The translations under genes and the position numbers were made by a program. Shown one piece after another: positions 49,875 through 58,775 of a DNA stretch of 64,000 nucleotides (position 1 is its first letter; the number at the start of each line of letters is the position of its first letter). The notes below the pieces were generated by a model. The model was not told the origin of the DNA, made no database searches, and saw nothing but the letters and a program-made list of their open reading frames with translations. Source of the DNA: a virus; IMG/VR virus record IMGVR_UViG_3300008261_000042; one strand, given 5' to 3'.

Positions 49875-50636
49875 ATGTCAACACTAAACGTAAATAACAT
49901 AGAATCTTCTAGTGGTACTACTATTTTAATACCATCTGGAAATAGTTTATCCTTAGCTGGAACTGTAGTAAATTCATCTACTCTTCCACCAAATCCATCA
50001 GGACAAACAAATCAAGCTTTATATACAAATGGTTCCGCTGTTTCTTTTAATGTTACAGGACCAAGAAGTATCCAAACATTTACTAGCAGTGGAACTTGGA
50101 CAAAGCCAAGTGGCATTAGTAAAATATGGGTAATGTTATGTGGGGGTGGAGGTGCAGCATCTGCTCACTCAGAATCTGGAGGTGCTGGAGGATATTGTGA
50201 GAAACTAATCGATGTTAGTTCAGTATCATCTGTTCAAGTTACGATTGGAGATGGCTCTACTTCATGGACATATTATTCTGGTGCTGCAGGAGGAGGTGGA
50301 ACTAGTTCTTTTGGTACTTATATGAGTGCGACAGGAGGTAGAGGCGCAAATACTTCTCACCAACATTGCGGTGGTCTTCCTGGAGTAGGTACTGGCGGAG
50401 ACTTGAATGTTTATGGTGGTGGTGGCACGGGTCATATGTCATGGGCATGTATGAAAGGTGGTTCATCTTATTTTGGAGGAGCTGGAGTAAGTGGCCATCC
50501 CCAAGGAGGTAATTTTGCTCATAGTTATTGGGATAGATCAGCTCCTGGTTGTGGAGGAACTGCTGGGTATGATAATAACTCAACATTAGGAGCTTATGGA
50601 AGAGGTGGATTGTGTATTATCTACGAATATGCGTAA
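49875..50636 (+). CDS. glycine-rich fibre-tip or adhesin-like protein, paralog C
   Basis: FTSSGTWTKPSG...LCGGGG; same motifs as paralog A. Confidence 0.75.
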   Translation: MSTLNVNNIESSSGTTILIPSGNSLSLAGTVVNSSTLPPNPSGQTNQALYTNGSAVSFNVTGPRSIQTFTSSGTWTKPSGISKIWVMLCGGGGAASAHSESGGAGGYCEKLIDVSSVSSVQVTIGDGSTSWTYYSGAAGGGGTSSFGTYMSATGGRGANTSHQHCGGLPGVGTGGDLNVYGGGGTGHMSWACMKGGSSYFGGAGVSGHPQGGNFAHSYWDRSAPGCGGTAGYDNNSTLGAYGRGGLCIIYEYA

Positions 50637-50670
50637 ATAAATAGTTTATATAAACAGGAGATTTACAATA

Positions 50671-51132
50671 ATGAAAAGGGTTTTACTTGATTTTAGAGGA
50701 GTTATTAACGATGTTGTTGAGGTTGGATCTGAATTTGAAATTTATGATGGTCCAGACACAACAATTAAATGGGTTTTATGTCCACATGATGGAGTAGACG
50801 GCACTTGGCATTGTCAAGATGGTGAATGGATTTCTCCAGATAGAAAAAAAGATGTAAATTATGATATGCAAAGAAAAATTGCATACGGTACATTAGAAGA
50901 ACAATTGGGAATGCTTTATCATGATATAAAATCTGGCAATTTACAAGATGGCGAATGGATTAGAATGCAAGATAATGTAAAATCTGCTATTATCTCACAA
51001 AGACAATATGAATCAGATCCAGCTAATATTGAAGGAAAGGTGGATCTAAAGTATCATACAGAAACAGATCCTGCATGGAATCATTTACCAGCAGAAGAAA
51101 TTATTCCCCCATCATTTGATCACTTAAAATAA
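50671..51132 (+). CDS. tail-fibre assembly chaperone-like protein
   Basis: AGGAG SD; RKIAYGTLEEQLGMLYHDI motif usual for genes following fibre genes. Confidence 0.55.
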   Translation: MKRVLLDFRGVINDVVEVGSEFEIYDGPDTTIKWVLCPHDGVDGTWHCQDGEWISPDRKKDVNYDMQRKIAYGTLEEQLGMLYHDIKSGNLQDGEWIRMQDNVKSAIISQRQYESDPANIEGKVDLKYHTETDPAWNHLPAEEIIPPSFDHLK

Positions 51133-51148
51133 TAATTAAATTATAATC

Positions 51149-52735
51149 ATGAAAATAAATTCAATATGCATCGTCGGAGGTGGCTCCAGTGGATGGATGG
51201 CAGCGGCTGCAATTGCCGTTAATTTACCAAATATTAAGTTAACTGTTATAGAACCAACTGATATTCCCATCGTTGGAGTTGGAGAATCAACATTAGGTCA
51301 CATCAATCGTTATTTGCATTGTATTGGATTGGGAGGTAAAGATAAAGAATGGATGCCACAATGTGAAGCTTCTTATAAAGTTTCTATTCAATTTTCCGAT
51401 TTTAAACAAAAAGGACATGTATTTCAGTATCCATTTGGAAAGCATGATTATACAAATAACAAAACTCCAAATGATTGGGCATATCTAAAAAATTTAATTC
51501 CAGAATTTAATGACACTTATTCAGAATTTTATAATCCAATTACGTATCTAGCAAATACAAATAAGATGGTTTCTGATAACTCTATTATTAGAAACTTTAA
51601 TTTTACTATGGATACTGCGTATCATTTTAATGCTACTCAGTTTGGTCAATATTTGAAAAATAATATTTGTATCCCAAAAGGAGTTACTGTAATAAGAGAT
51701 AGTATCGAAGATGTAGTTATAAATGAAGATGGAGAGATTGAATACCTAGTAGCAAAATTAACTCCAAGAATGAAATTAAAATATGATTTGTATATTGATT
51801 GCACTGGATTCAAATCATTGATCCTAGAAAAGAAAATGGGATCAAAATTTATAAGTTTTAATGATGTACTATTAAATGATACTGCATTAGCAACTAGAAT
51901 CCCATATATTGATATAGAAAAAGAACTAACTAATGTTACAGACTGCTGTGCATTAAAAAATGGATGGGTTTGGAATATTCCATTGTGGAGTAGAATTGGA
52001 ACTGGATATTGTTATTCTAGTAAATTTACTACTAAAGAAAATGCAGAAAAAGAATTTAGAGAACATCTAGCAAAAATTGATAAGAAAAGAGCTGAAGAAG
52101 CAGAGTTATTTACAATTAATATTAGACATGGTAAACGTGAAAAAGCTTGGGTAAAAAATTGTTTAGGTATTGGTCTTTCTTACGGATTTTTAGAGCCACT
52201 AGAATCTACTGGATTATTAACAACACATGAAAATGTTTTGCGATTAGTTGATACACTACAAAAAAGAGAAGGTTATGTAACAAAATTAGATGTTGATGGT
52301 TATAACCATGCAGTAGATTATGATTTAGAATCATTTAAAGATTTTATTGTTATGCACTATGTGCTTTCACAAAGAGATGATAGTGATTATTGGAAATATA
52401 TCAAATATGAAATGGATGTAGTTCCGCCAGAAATGATTACTGATAGACTAGTAACAAGTCCAAGACTTTATAGAGAATTTTTACATGATAGTTATAGAAG
52501 TCATAATTTTAGTGACTTAGATGGCATTCTTTATATTGCTCATGGAATGGACTATCTTCCTGTAGGAAAAACTCAAACTGAATATAGATTTTCGGAAAAT
52601 GGTTATTTTAATAAAGATCAATTGATAAAAGATGTAAAAATTCCACATGATAGGTATAAAAAACAAGTACTACGTCATCTGGATAAATGCCCGTCTACAT
52701 ACAAATTTTTGAAGGACAACATTTACAATGCTTAA
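51149..52735 (+). CDS. flavin-dependent halogenase (tryptophan halogenase/PrnA family)
   Basis: GGGSSG FAD motif, GVGEST, catalytic-Lys context CEASYKVSIQF, WVWNIP (WxWxIP), FLEPLESTG. Confidence 0.92.
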   Translation: MKINSICIVGGGSSGWMAAAAIAVNLPNIKLTVIEPTDIPIVGVGESTLGHINRYLHCIGLGGKDKEWMPQCEASYKVSIQFSDFKQKGHVFQYPFGKHDYTNNKTPNDWAYLKNLIPEFNDTYSEFYNPITYLANTNKMVSDNSIIRNFNFTMDTAYHFNATQFGQYLKNNICIPKGVTVIRDSIEDVVINEDGEIEYLVAKLTPRMKLKYDLYIDCTGFKSLILEKKMGSKFISFNDVLLNDTALATRIPYIDIEKELTNVTDCCALKNGWVWNIPLWSRIGTGYCYSSKFTTKENAEKEFREHLAKIDKKRAEEAELFTINIRHGKREKAWVKNCLGIGLSYGFLEPLESTGLLTTHENVLRLVDTLQKREGYVTKLDVDGYNHAVDYDLESFKDFIVMHYVLSQRDDSDYWKYIKYEMDVVPPEMITDRLVTSPRLYREFLHDSYRSHNFSDLDGILYIAHGMDYLPVGKTQTEYRFSENGYFNKDQLIKDVKIPHDRYKKQVLRHLDKCPSTYKFLKDNIYNA

Positions 52736-53534
52736 TAATTTTTTTAAAAAGAAATCTCCTACAATAAGATTTTTTTCTCTTACCCCAGGAGTAAATACTT
52801 TATATCCAATTATAAAATCTAATAAATTAAATCGTGAATGGGTAACAGAAGAAAAAATTGATTATGAAAATAGAAAATCTAAATGTCCATTTGGATTTTT
52901 ATCAACACAAGGAATTGATCGTGTTAGTAGTATTGGAAAATGCCCAGCAATTAGTGGAATAATTGGAGCTGGATTTACAATAAGAGCACCAGCAGATTTT
53001 GTTGTGATGACAAATGGAGATAAAACAACGCTCGATTTCAAATACAAAAATATTGTTCCTCATATTGAATATGTAACAAAGCACGAAAAAGAAGTATCAA
53101 GTTGGTTATTAGATTCTTCTAAAGATAATACTCTAAATCAGGTTTTAAAAGTAAATACTCCATGGAGAATTACTTGCGATTCTGATGATATTATTTTTCT
53201 AGTAACAAAAGTTCCATTCGTCAAAGAAGATAGATTCACAGCTGTTACTGGAATTTTAGATCCAAAAACAGCATATGAAATAAATATACAACTTTTTTGG
53301 CACGTACTAAATGGAGAAGAAGTTATAAAAGCTGGCACACCCTTATGTAATTACATTCCAATTTCTAGATCTTTATTGCAAAATATTTCTTTTGTTTCTG
53401 AAGATGCTGAAGAAAGAGATTATCTTGTCGAAAGAGAAATGCTATTTTCTTATGAACATGTATTTTCAAATTCAAACACTTTGAAAGATAAAGTATCTAG
53501 AGTTGTAAAAATATTAAAAAAATATTATGGTTGA
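52728..53534 (+). CDS. conserved phage island protein (KCPAI...GFTIRAPAD...KAGTPL; dUTPase-like beta fold suspected)
   Basis: motif pattern; overlaps neighbours. Confidence 0.6.
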   Translation: MLNNFFKKKSPTIRFFSLTPGVNTLYPIIKSNKLNREWVTEEKIDYENRKSKCPFGFLSTQGIDRVSSIGKCPAISGIIGAGFTIRAPADFVVMTNGDKTTLDFKYKNIVPHIEYVTKHEKEVSSWLLDSSKDNTLNQVLKVNTPWRITCDSDDIIFLVTKVPFVKEDRFTAVTGILDPKTAYEINIQLFWHVLNGEEVIKAGTPLCNYIPISRSLLQNISFVSEDAEERDYLVEREMLFSYEHVFSNSNTLKDKVSRVVKILKKYYG

Positions 53535-54120
53535 ATTATTTCCTATAAAAATTTACAAATCTTCAATTGTTCCATCTAGTAGTGACGACAAGATTTGTGA
53601 AGATATCTTAAATGATCTTTTTTCAAAATCAACAGAAAATTATTGGGCAGGAGAAAGTGGATTTTCTACTGGAGAGTTTTCACTTTCTCTACATCAATAT
53701 AAAGAATTTAATTGGTTATTTGATTCTCTAGTTTCTCATTTAGGTGCATACTGGGATGAATTATCTTATGGAAATATACCTGTTTATTTGAGAGATAGTT
53801 GGGCAAATTTGCATTACTCTAATCACGAAACAGAAGAGCATTCACATTCTGATGGATTACTAGGAAATTCAATAATATCTGGAGTTTTTTATTTTAGAAA
53901 ACCAGAAAATGAATCTAACATAATTTTTTGCAACCCATTAGATTATATACTAAGATTACAACCATATAAAGATTTAAAAGGTATAAAAACCATTGGAGAA
54001 GAAATAAAAACAAATCAATATGATTTTTTACTTTTCCCTTCTTGGTTGCGTCATAGAGTACCAGCATTCAAATCAAATTCAAAAAGAATAGCTATATCGT
54101 TTAACTATGCAAGAGTATGA
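53527..54120 (+). CDS. putative 2OG-Fe(II) oxygenase (TIGR02466-type)
   Basis: SWAN...HSH...SGVFY...LFPSWLRHRV...RIAISFN. Confidence 0.88.
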   Translation: MVELFPIKIYKSSIVPSSSDDKICEDILNDLFSKSTENYWAGESGFSTGEFSLSLHQYKEFNWLFDSLVSHLGAYWDELSYGNIPVYLRDSWANLHYSNHETEEHSHSDGLLGNSIISGVFYFRKPENESNIIFCNPLDYILRLQPYKDLKGIKTIGEEIKTNQYDFLLFPSWLRHRVPAFKSNSKRIAISFNYARV

Positions 54121-54886
54121 TATAAATGATTTTAGAAAAATGTCTATCTCTTCAGTTTACTTTAATGATGAGATTAAAATAAAATCAATTAAAAATTTAG
54201 AATATGAATACATTAAATTAGATAAAAATGTAGGATATTGGATTACCGATTGTCCATTTGTAGATGGATCTTTTATAAAATATATGGAATTTGTTAAATC
54301 AAATCCTATATGGAGAATGAATAACGAATACGATTTGGAAGATACTAATCCATTTGCAACAATTCATCTACCAGATTTTTCAACTAGACCATTGTTTAAT
54401 TTATTATATCAATTTTACTCTTCTACTATTGGTTATAATAAAGATGTTTCGGTAAATGATTGGGGAAATATTTATTTTAAAGAGCACTCACGTCCTATAA
54501 AAAGATGGAGGCTTCCTCATATGGATTATGTTTCTGGTTTGGTAGCTAATCTTTGGTTTACTAATCATGATATAAATTCTACAGGAACTAATTTATATTT
54601 TTATAAAGGAGTGACTCATGGAATTAATTATGATTTCCAAGTAAATGAAAGTCATCCATTATATAAAGAATGGCACAATATGAAATCTAAAGATCGTGAT
54701 ATTAAATGGAATAATTTTTCTATCGATGAAGCTAACTATTGGGGATTTGAATTGCTTGGCAAAGCTCCAACTAAATATAGTTGTATGACAATGTACTATC
54801 CAAATATTTCTCATGCTCCATTTATTGAAGATGACATAAAATTTAGATGGTCACATACTTTTAGTTGTTTTTCTAATTTTTTATGA
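54107..54886 (+). CDS. putative 2OG-Fe(II) oxygenase
   Basis: PHMD (HxD)...GTNLY...HAP...R. Confidence 0.7.
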   Translation: MQEYDINDFRKMSISSVYFNDEIKIKSIKNLEYEYIKLDKNVGYWITDCPFVDGSFIKYMEFVKSNPIWRMNNEYDLEDTNPFATIHLPDFSTRPLFNLLYQFYSSTIGYNKDVSVNDWGNIYFKEHSRPIKRWRLPHMDYVSGLVANLWFTNHDINSTGTNLYFYKGVTHGINYDFQVNESHPLYKEWHNMKSKDRDIKWNNFSIDEANYWGFELLGKAPTKYSCMTMYYPNISHAPFIEDDIKFRWSHTFSCFSNFL

Positions 54887-55473
54887 TTAATGTTGAGCAT
54901 ATTTTTCCTGTTCCTATTTGGTCAATTGATTTAGATCTTAATTTAAACGAGATAGAAACTTATATAAGATCTATTAAAAATGTATCTAATGGGCGAGCTA
55001 TTTCAAATGTAAATGGATGGCAATCAGATTCATTTGATACAAAACAAGAAACAATTCCAGAGATAAAAAGGTTATTTTATCTCATACAAAAATATTTAAA
55101 ATTATGTTATGCAGAATATGGTAGTGCAGAAAACCCAGAAATTGACAATTATTGGTTTAATATAAATTATCCAGGTTCTTCAAATTTAGATCATCTACAT
55201 TCTAGATGTTTTTTATCTGGTTGCTTTTATGTAAATACATCTCTTAACTGTGGGGATATTGTTTTTAAAAGATCTTCATTAGAAGATTATATAATTTCTT
55301 CTAATGTTGGATTATCTAATACTAAACTATCGGCATCTCATTGGAAATATTCCACGAAGCCAAATCAAGTATTAATATTTCCTTCATGGATTTCTCATTT
55401 TGTCGAAGAAAATAAATCATCAGAAGATAGAATTTCAATTGCTTTTAATACGAGGTCTTTAAAATGGGAGTAA
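54883..55473 (+). CDS. putative 2OG-Fe(II) oxygenase (TIGR02466-type)
   Basis: WFNIN...HLH...SGCFY...IFPSWISHFV...RISIAFN. Confidence 0.88.
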   Translation: MINVEHIFPVPIWSIDLDLNLNEIETYIRSIKNVSNGRAISNVNGWQSDSFDTKQETIPEIKRLFYLIQKYLKLCYAEYGSAENPEIDNYWFNINYPGSSNLDHLHSRCFLSGCFYVNTSLNCGDIVFKRSSLEDYIISSNVGLSNTKLSASHWKYSTKPNQVLIFPSWISHFVEENKSSEDRISIAFNTRSLKWE

Positions 55474-56078
55474 AAATTATTGATAATTTATTACCAAAAA
55501 AATTAGAAAACGATATTATGGATCTTACCATGGGAACATCATTTCCATGGTTTTATATAAATGATATAACTAGAAATGTGAGCGGTGAAGGAATTTATGC
55601 TCAGCCAGGATTTCATAACACTCCATTTATACATTATGCTCCATCAAATCCATTTTTTGATTATTTCAAATCTTTATCTTTTATTATAGAAGATCAAATA
55701 AATTGGAAACATGATTTAAATTTGTTTAGATTAAGATGCGGATTAAATTATCCGTTAGTACATCAAAATAAAAAATTTAGTTGGGAATGGAATTATCCTC
55801 ATATTGATCATAATCCAGATTTTGTTACTGGAAAAACTTTTACTTGTTTATACTATGTTAATGATTCTGACGGAGATACATTTGTTTTCAATGAAGTAGA
55901 GGAATCAAAAAATTACACCGTGATGGAAAGGATATCTCCTAAAAAAGGAAGAATTGCAATATTTGATGGAGAGCATTATCACGCAAGTTCTTCTCCTAGA
56001 CTATCAAATTCCAGAATTGTTTTAGCTTTTAATTATCATGATAAAAAATATTTTACGAGATCTGAAGAAACAAATTAA
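55464..56078 (+). CDS. 2OG-Fe(II) oxygenase
   Basis: PHID...LYYVNDSDGDT...FDG.HYHASS...R.VLAFN. Confidence 0.85.
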   Translation: MGVKIIDNLLPKKLENDIMDLTMGTSFPWFYINDITRNVSGEGIYAQPGFHNTPFIHYAPSNPFFDYFKSLSFIIEDQINWKHDLNLFRLRCGLNYPLVHQNKKFSWEWNYPHIDHNPDFVTGKTFTCLYYVNDSDGDTFVFNEVEESKNYTVMERISPKKGRIAIFDGEHYHASSSPRLSNSRIVLAFNYHDKKYFTRSEETN

Positions 56079-56733
56079 ATTTGATGATCAATGTGTTGTT
56101 ATAAAAGATTTTATTTCAAATCCAAATATATTAATTTCGTGGTATGACGTTGAAGAAGCTTTAAATTATAATTTATTTAAATTTGAAATTATACAAAATG
56201 GCAATAAATTACCTATACCAGAAATGAATTATTTTTGGTATTCAAAAATAATTCAAGACAAAAAATACATTTATGATTTCATCATCAACGGTAATGCTTT
56301 TGTAATATTAGAATATAGAAATAAAGAAATCAACAATTTACTACAGCAAATAGAAAATTTTTTTGATGTCTTATGTGATGCTCATATTTATGGTGGGATA
56401 TCAGAATATTCAAAATCATTTACACCGCATGTTGATATTCCTCCAAATTTTATTTTACAAATAGAAGGAACTACGACATGGAAAATATATAAAAATTGTG
56501 CATCTGATTTATTTTCACAAGAAGATATAAATTCTTCAGTAGACAAAAATATTTTAGAAATAGATAAAGAAGTGATATTATCACCTGGAGATATTCTTTA
56601 CATACCATCAAGAAGATTTCATGAGGCTATACCAACGGGGAAAAGACTTTCTATAAGTATTCCATGTAGACCAAAAAAATACGATAGAAGTATGTTTAAT
56701 TTAGATAGAAATTACTATGAAATTACAAGTTAA
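56038..56733 (+). CDS. JmjC/cupin-4 (ROX-like) protein hydroxylase
   Basis: AHIY...SFTPHVD...ILQIEGTTTW...LSPGDILYIP...HEA...RLSIS. Confidence 0.85.
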   Translation: MIKNILRDLKKQIKFDDQCVVIKDFISNPNILISWYDVEEALNYNLFKFEIIQNGNKLPIPEMNYFWYSKIIQDKKYIYDFIINGNAFVILEYRNKEINNLLQQIENFFDVLCDAHIYGGISEYSKSFTPHVDIPPNFILQIEGTTTWKIYKNCASDLFSQEDINSSVDKNILEIDKEVILSPGDILYIPSRRFHEAIPTGKRLSISIPCRPKKYDRSMFNLDRNYYEITS

Positions 56734-57388
56734 TGATTGGGATGAGCCAATGCTAGAATCAGGCAAAGATTTTCCTCCTATCTTAAAATTGGTAAAAAAT
56801 GCAATACCAAAAGAAGTATTAACAATCATGGATATCGAATTTACAATGATGCGTGATTGTATGAAAACTTTAAACAGTACTAATGGATTTAATGATCCAT
56901 CAGTTCACAATTCTTTTTCTTGGTATTCTCCAATATGTTTTGAAACTTTAAGTGTTTATTTACAGCCATTGGTAGAAAAAGAAGTTGGAGAAAAATTGTT
57001 TCCTACGTATTCATATGCTAGAATTTATATGAATAATAGTGTGTTGACTAAGCATACTGATAGAAAAAGTTCTCAATTATCAGCAAGTTGTTGTATAAGA
57101 AAGGACGCAGATTGGCCACTTTGTTTTAAAACAAAAGAAGGTATTGAAGAATTTGATATGGATCCAGGAGATATAGTAATTTCTTCAGGAACAAAAATTC
57201 CTCATTGGAGAGAACCATATACAGGTAATGAACATATGCAAGCATTTTTACAATATGTTTATGTCGATGGAAAATATTCTCATTTAAAATATGACACTAG
57301 ACCATGTTTAGCATCTGATTATGAATTAACTGCTCCTTATATAAAAGAAGAAGTTAATCGAAGATATAATCATCCATACATTTCATAA
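56717..57388 (+). CDS. 2OG-Fe(II) oxygenase
   Basis: PTYSYARIY...KHTDR...PHWRE...FLQYV. Confidence 0.82.
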   Translation: MKLQVNDWDEPMLESGKDFPPILKLVKNAIPKEVLTIMDIEFTMMRDCMKTLNSTNGFNDPSVHNSFSWYSPICFETLSVYLQPLVEKEVGEKLFPTYSYARIYMNNSVLTKHTDRKSSQLSASCCIRKDADWPLCFKTKEGIEEFDMDPGDIVISSGTKIPHWREPYTGNEHMQAFLQYVYVDGKYSHLKYDTRPCLASDYELTAPYIKEEVNRRYNHPYIS

Positions 57389-57412
57389 ATATAGTAGAAT
57401 TAATTTAGTATT

Positions 57413-57673
57413 ATGATTGAAGCAACCGAAAATAAAACATATACATTTGAAGAAATTTGGGAAAATTTTGCATCTCAATTAAATGAAGCGAGAATCCAAT
57501 TGAATAATAAAGAAGAAGAAATTCAAGCAGAAGCTGCTCATATGACAAGAATTGATCTTACTGAATTTAATGACTTAAGAACTGCTGTTATTAAATTAGA
57601 AGCAGCATTAGAAACTATGGATATTTTGAGAGTAAATTTATTCAACCAAGAATCATTGATTGTAAAACAATGA
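57413..57673 (+). CDS. coiled-coil hypothetical protein
   Basis: ATAAATA at 57385 upstream. Confidence 0.7.
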   Translation: MIEATENKTYTFEEIWENFASQLNEARIQLNNKEEEIQAEAAHMTRIDLTEFNDLRTAVIKLEAALETMDILRVNLFNQESLIVKQ

Positions 57674-57707
57674 TAAATAATCATACACATAATTATTATT
57701 GATCACT

Positions 57708-57890
57708 ATGGACACCGAACAACTTAAGAAAAATTTTGAAGATCAACTTGCTACTACAGAAAAGCAAATCGCCGAGCTGGAAGCAAATCTAGAAAAAGCA
57801 AAAGAGTATCGCCTTAAACTACAAGGCGGTCTAGAAACTCTAATTCTTCTGAATCCGCCAGAAGAATCTACAGAAGAAGTAGCAGAATAA
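57708..57890 (+). CDS. conserved coiled-coil protein (KLQGGLETL)
   Basis: ATAAATA at 57673; ATG 57708. Confidence 0.75.
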   Translation: MDTEQLKKNFEDQLATTEKQIAELEANLEKAKEYRLKLQGGLETLILLNPPEESTEEVAE

Positions 57891-57895
57891 TCTTC

Positions 57896-57931
57896 AAATC
57901 CCTATCTGATAAATACAGGTAGGGATTTTTT
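57896..57931 (+). terminator. terminator hairpin with late promoter ATAAATA in its loop
   Basis: AAATCCCTATCTG-ATAAATA-CAGGTAGGGATTT followed by T-run. Confidence 0.75.
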
Positions 57932-57943
57932 GTATCTAATTAA

Positions 57944-58774
57944 ATGGCACAGCCATCTACAAGACAGGGACTAATTGATTATTGCAAAAGGCAATTAGGT
58001 GCTCCTGTGCTACAGATCAATATTGATGACGCTCAAGTTGGAGATGTCATTGATGATGCTATTCAGTATTATCAGGAATGGCATTATGATGGTGTGGAAA
58101 GAATGTATCTCAAACATCAGGTAACAGCAGATGATGTTGCTAGATTTACTGCTTCTAATGAATTAAATAGCACAGCAGATCCTGATGCATCTACATGGGA
58201 GAATAGAAAAAACTTTATTGAAGTGCCAGATCATGTAATCGGTATTTCAAAAGTATTTGGTGTGTCATCTAATTGGGTTCGCAATGATTTGTTTGGTTTA
58301 AGCAACCAGTATTTCTTGATGGATGTATTTTCATTTTCATCTGGATTTGCTTTTGGTAATTTTGATATGACAAATTATTATATGATTCGTCAGTATTTTG
58401 AAACTCTTGATATGGTTGTCAATACTGGTGCATTAGTTGAGTATAGATTTAACAAAAGACAGGATCGTTTGTTTATTGATATTGATGTAAACAGATTGAC
58501 AGAAGGAAATTATATTTTAATTGAATGTTATAGAGCATTGAATCCAGATGAATTTAATCAAATCTATAATGATAGTTTTGTGAAGAAGTATGCTACTGCT
58601 CTCATGAAGAGGCAGTGGGGACAGAACTTAATTAAGTATAATGCTGTCCAACTTCCTGGTGGTATCACACTAAATGGAAGACAGATTTATGAAGATGCGT
58701 TGGCGGAACTTGCTCAATTAGAAGCTGATATGCCAACCAAGTATACACTCCCACCAATGGATATGATCGGATAA
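57944..58774 (+). CDS. gp13: neck protein gp13
   Basis: LIDYCKRQLGAPVLQIN; KRQWGQNLIKY..VQLPGGITLNG. Confidence 0.93.
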   Translation: MAQPSTRQGLIDYCKRQLGAPVLQINIDDAQVGDVIDDAIQYYQEWHYDGVERMYLKHQVTADDVARFTASNELNSTADPDASTWENRKNFIEVPDHVIGISKVFGVSSNWVRNDLFGLSNQYFLMDVFSFSSGFAFGNFDMTNYYMIRQYFETLDMVVNTGALVEYRFNKRQDRLFIDIDVNRLTEGNYILIECYRALNPDEFNQIYNDSFVKKYATALMKRQWGQNLIKYNAVQLPGGITLNGRQIYEDALAELAQLEADMPTKYTLPPMDMIG

Positions 58775-58775
58775 G

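Noticed and set aside
48365-50636. Diversity-generating retroelement or invertase shufflon acting on tip paralogs
   Set aside because: No reverse transcriptase or recombinase in the window, all copies are in the same orientation, and differences are not adenine-specific
51149-52735. Complete pyrrolnitrin or other secondary-metabolite pathway
   Set aside because: Only a PrnA-family gene is present; no prnB/C/D, flavin reductase or synthetase is recognisable in the window
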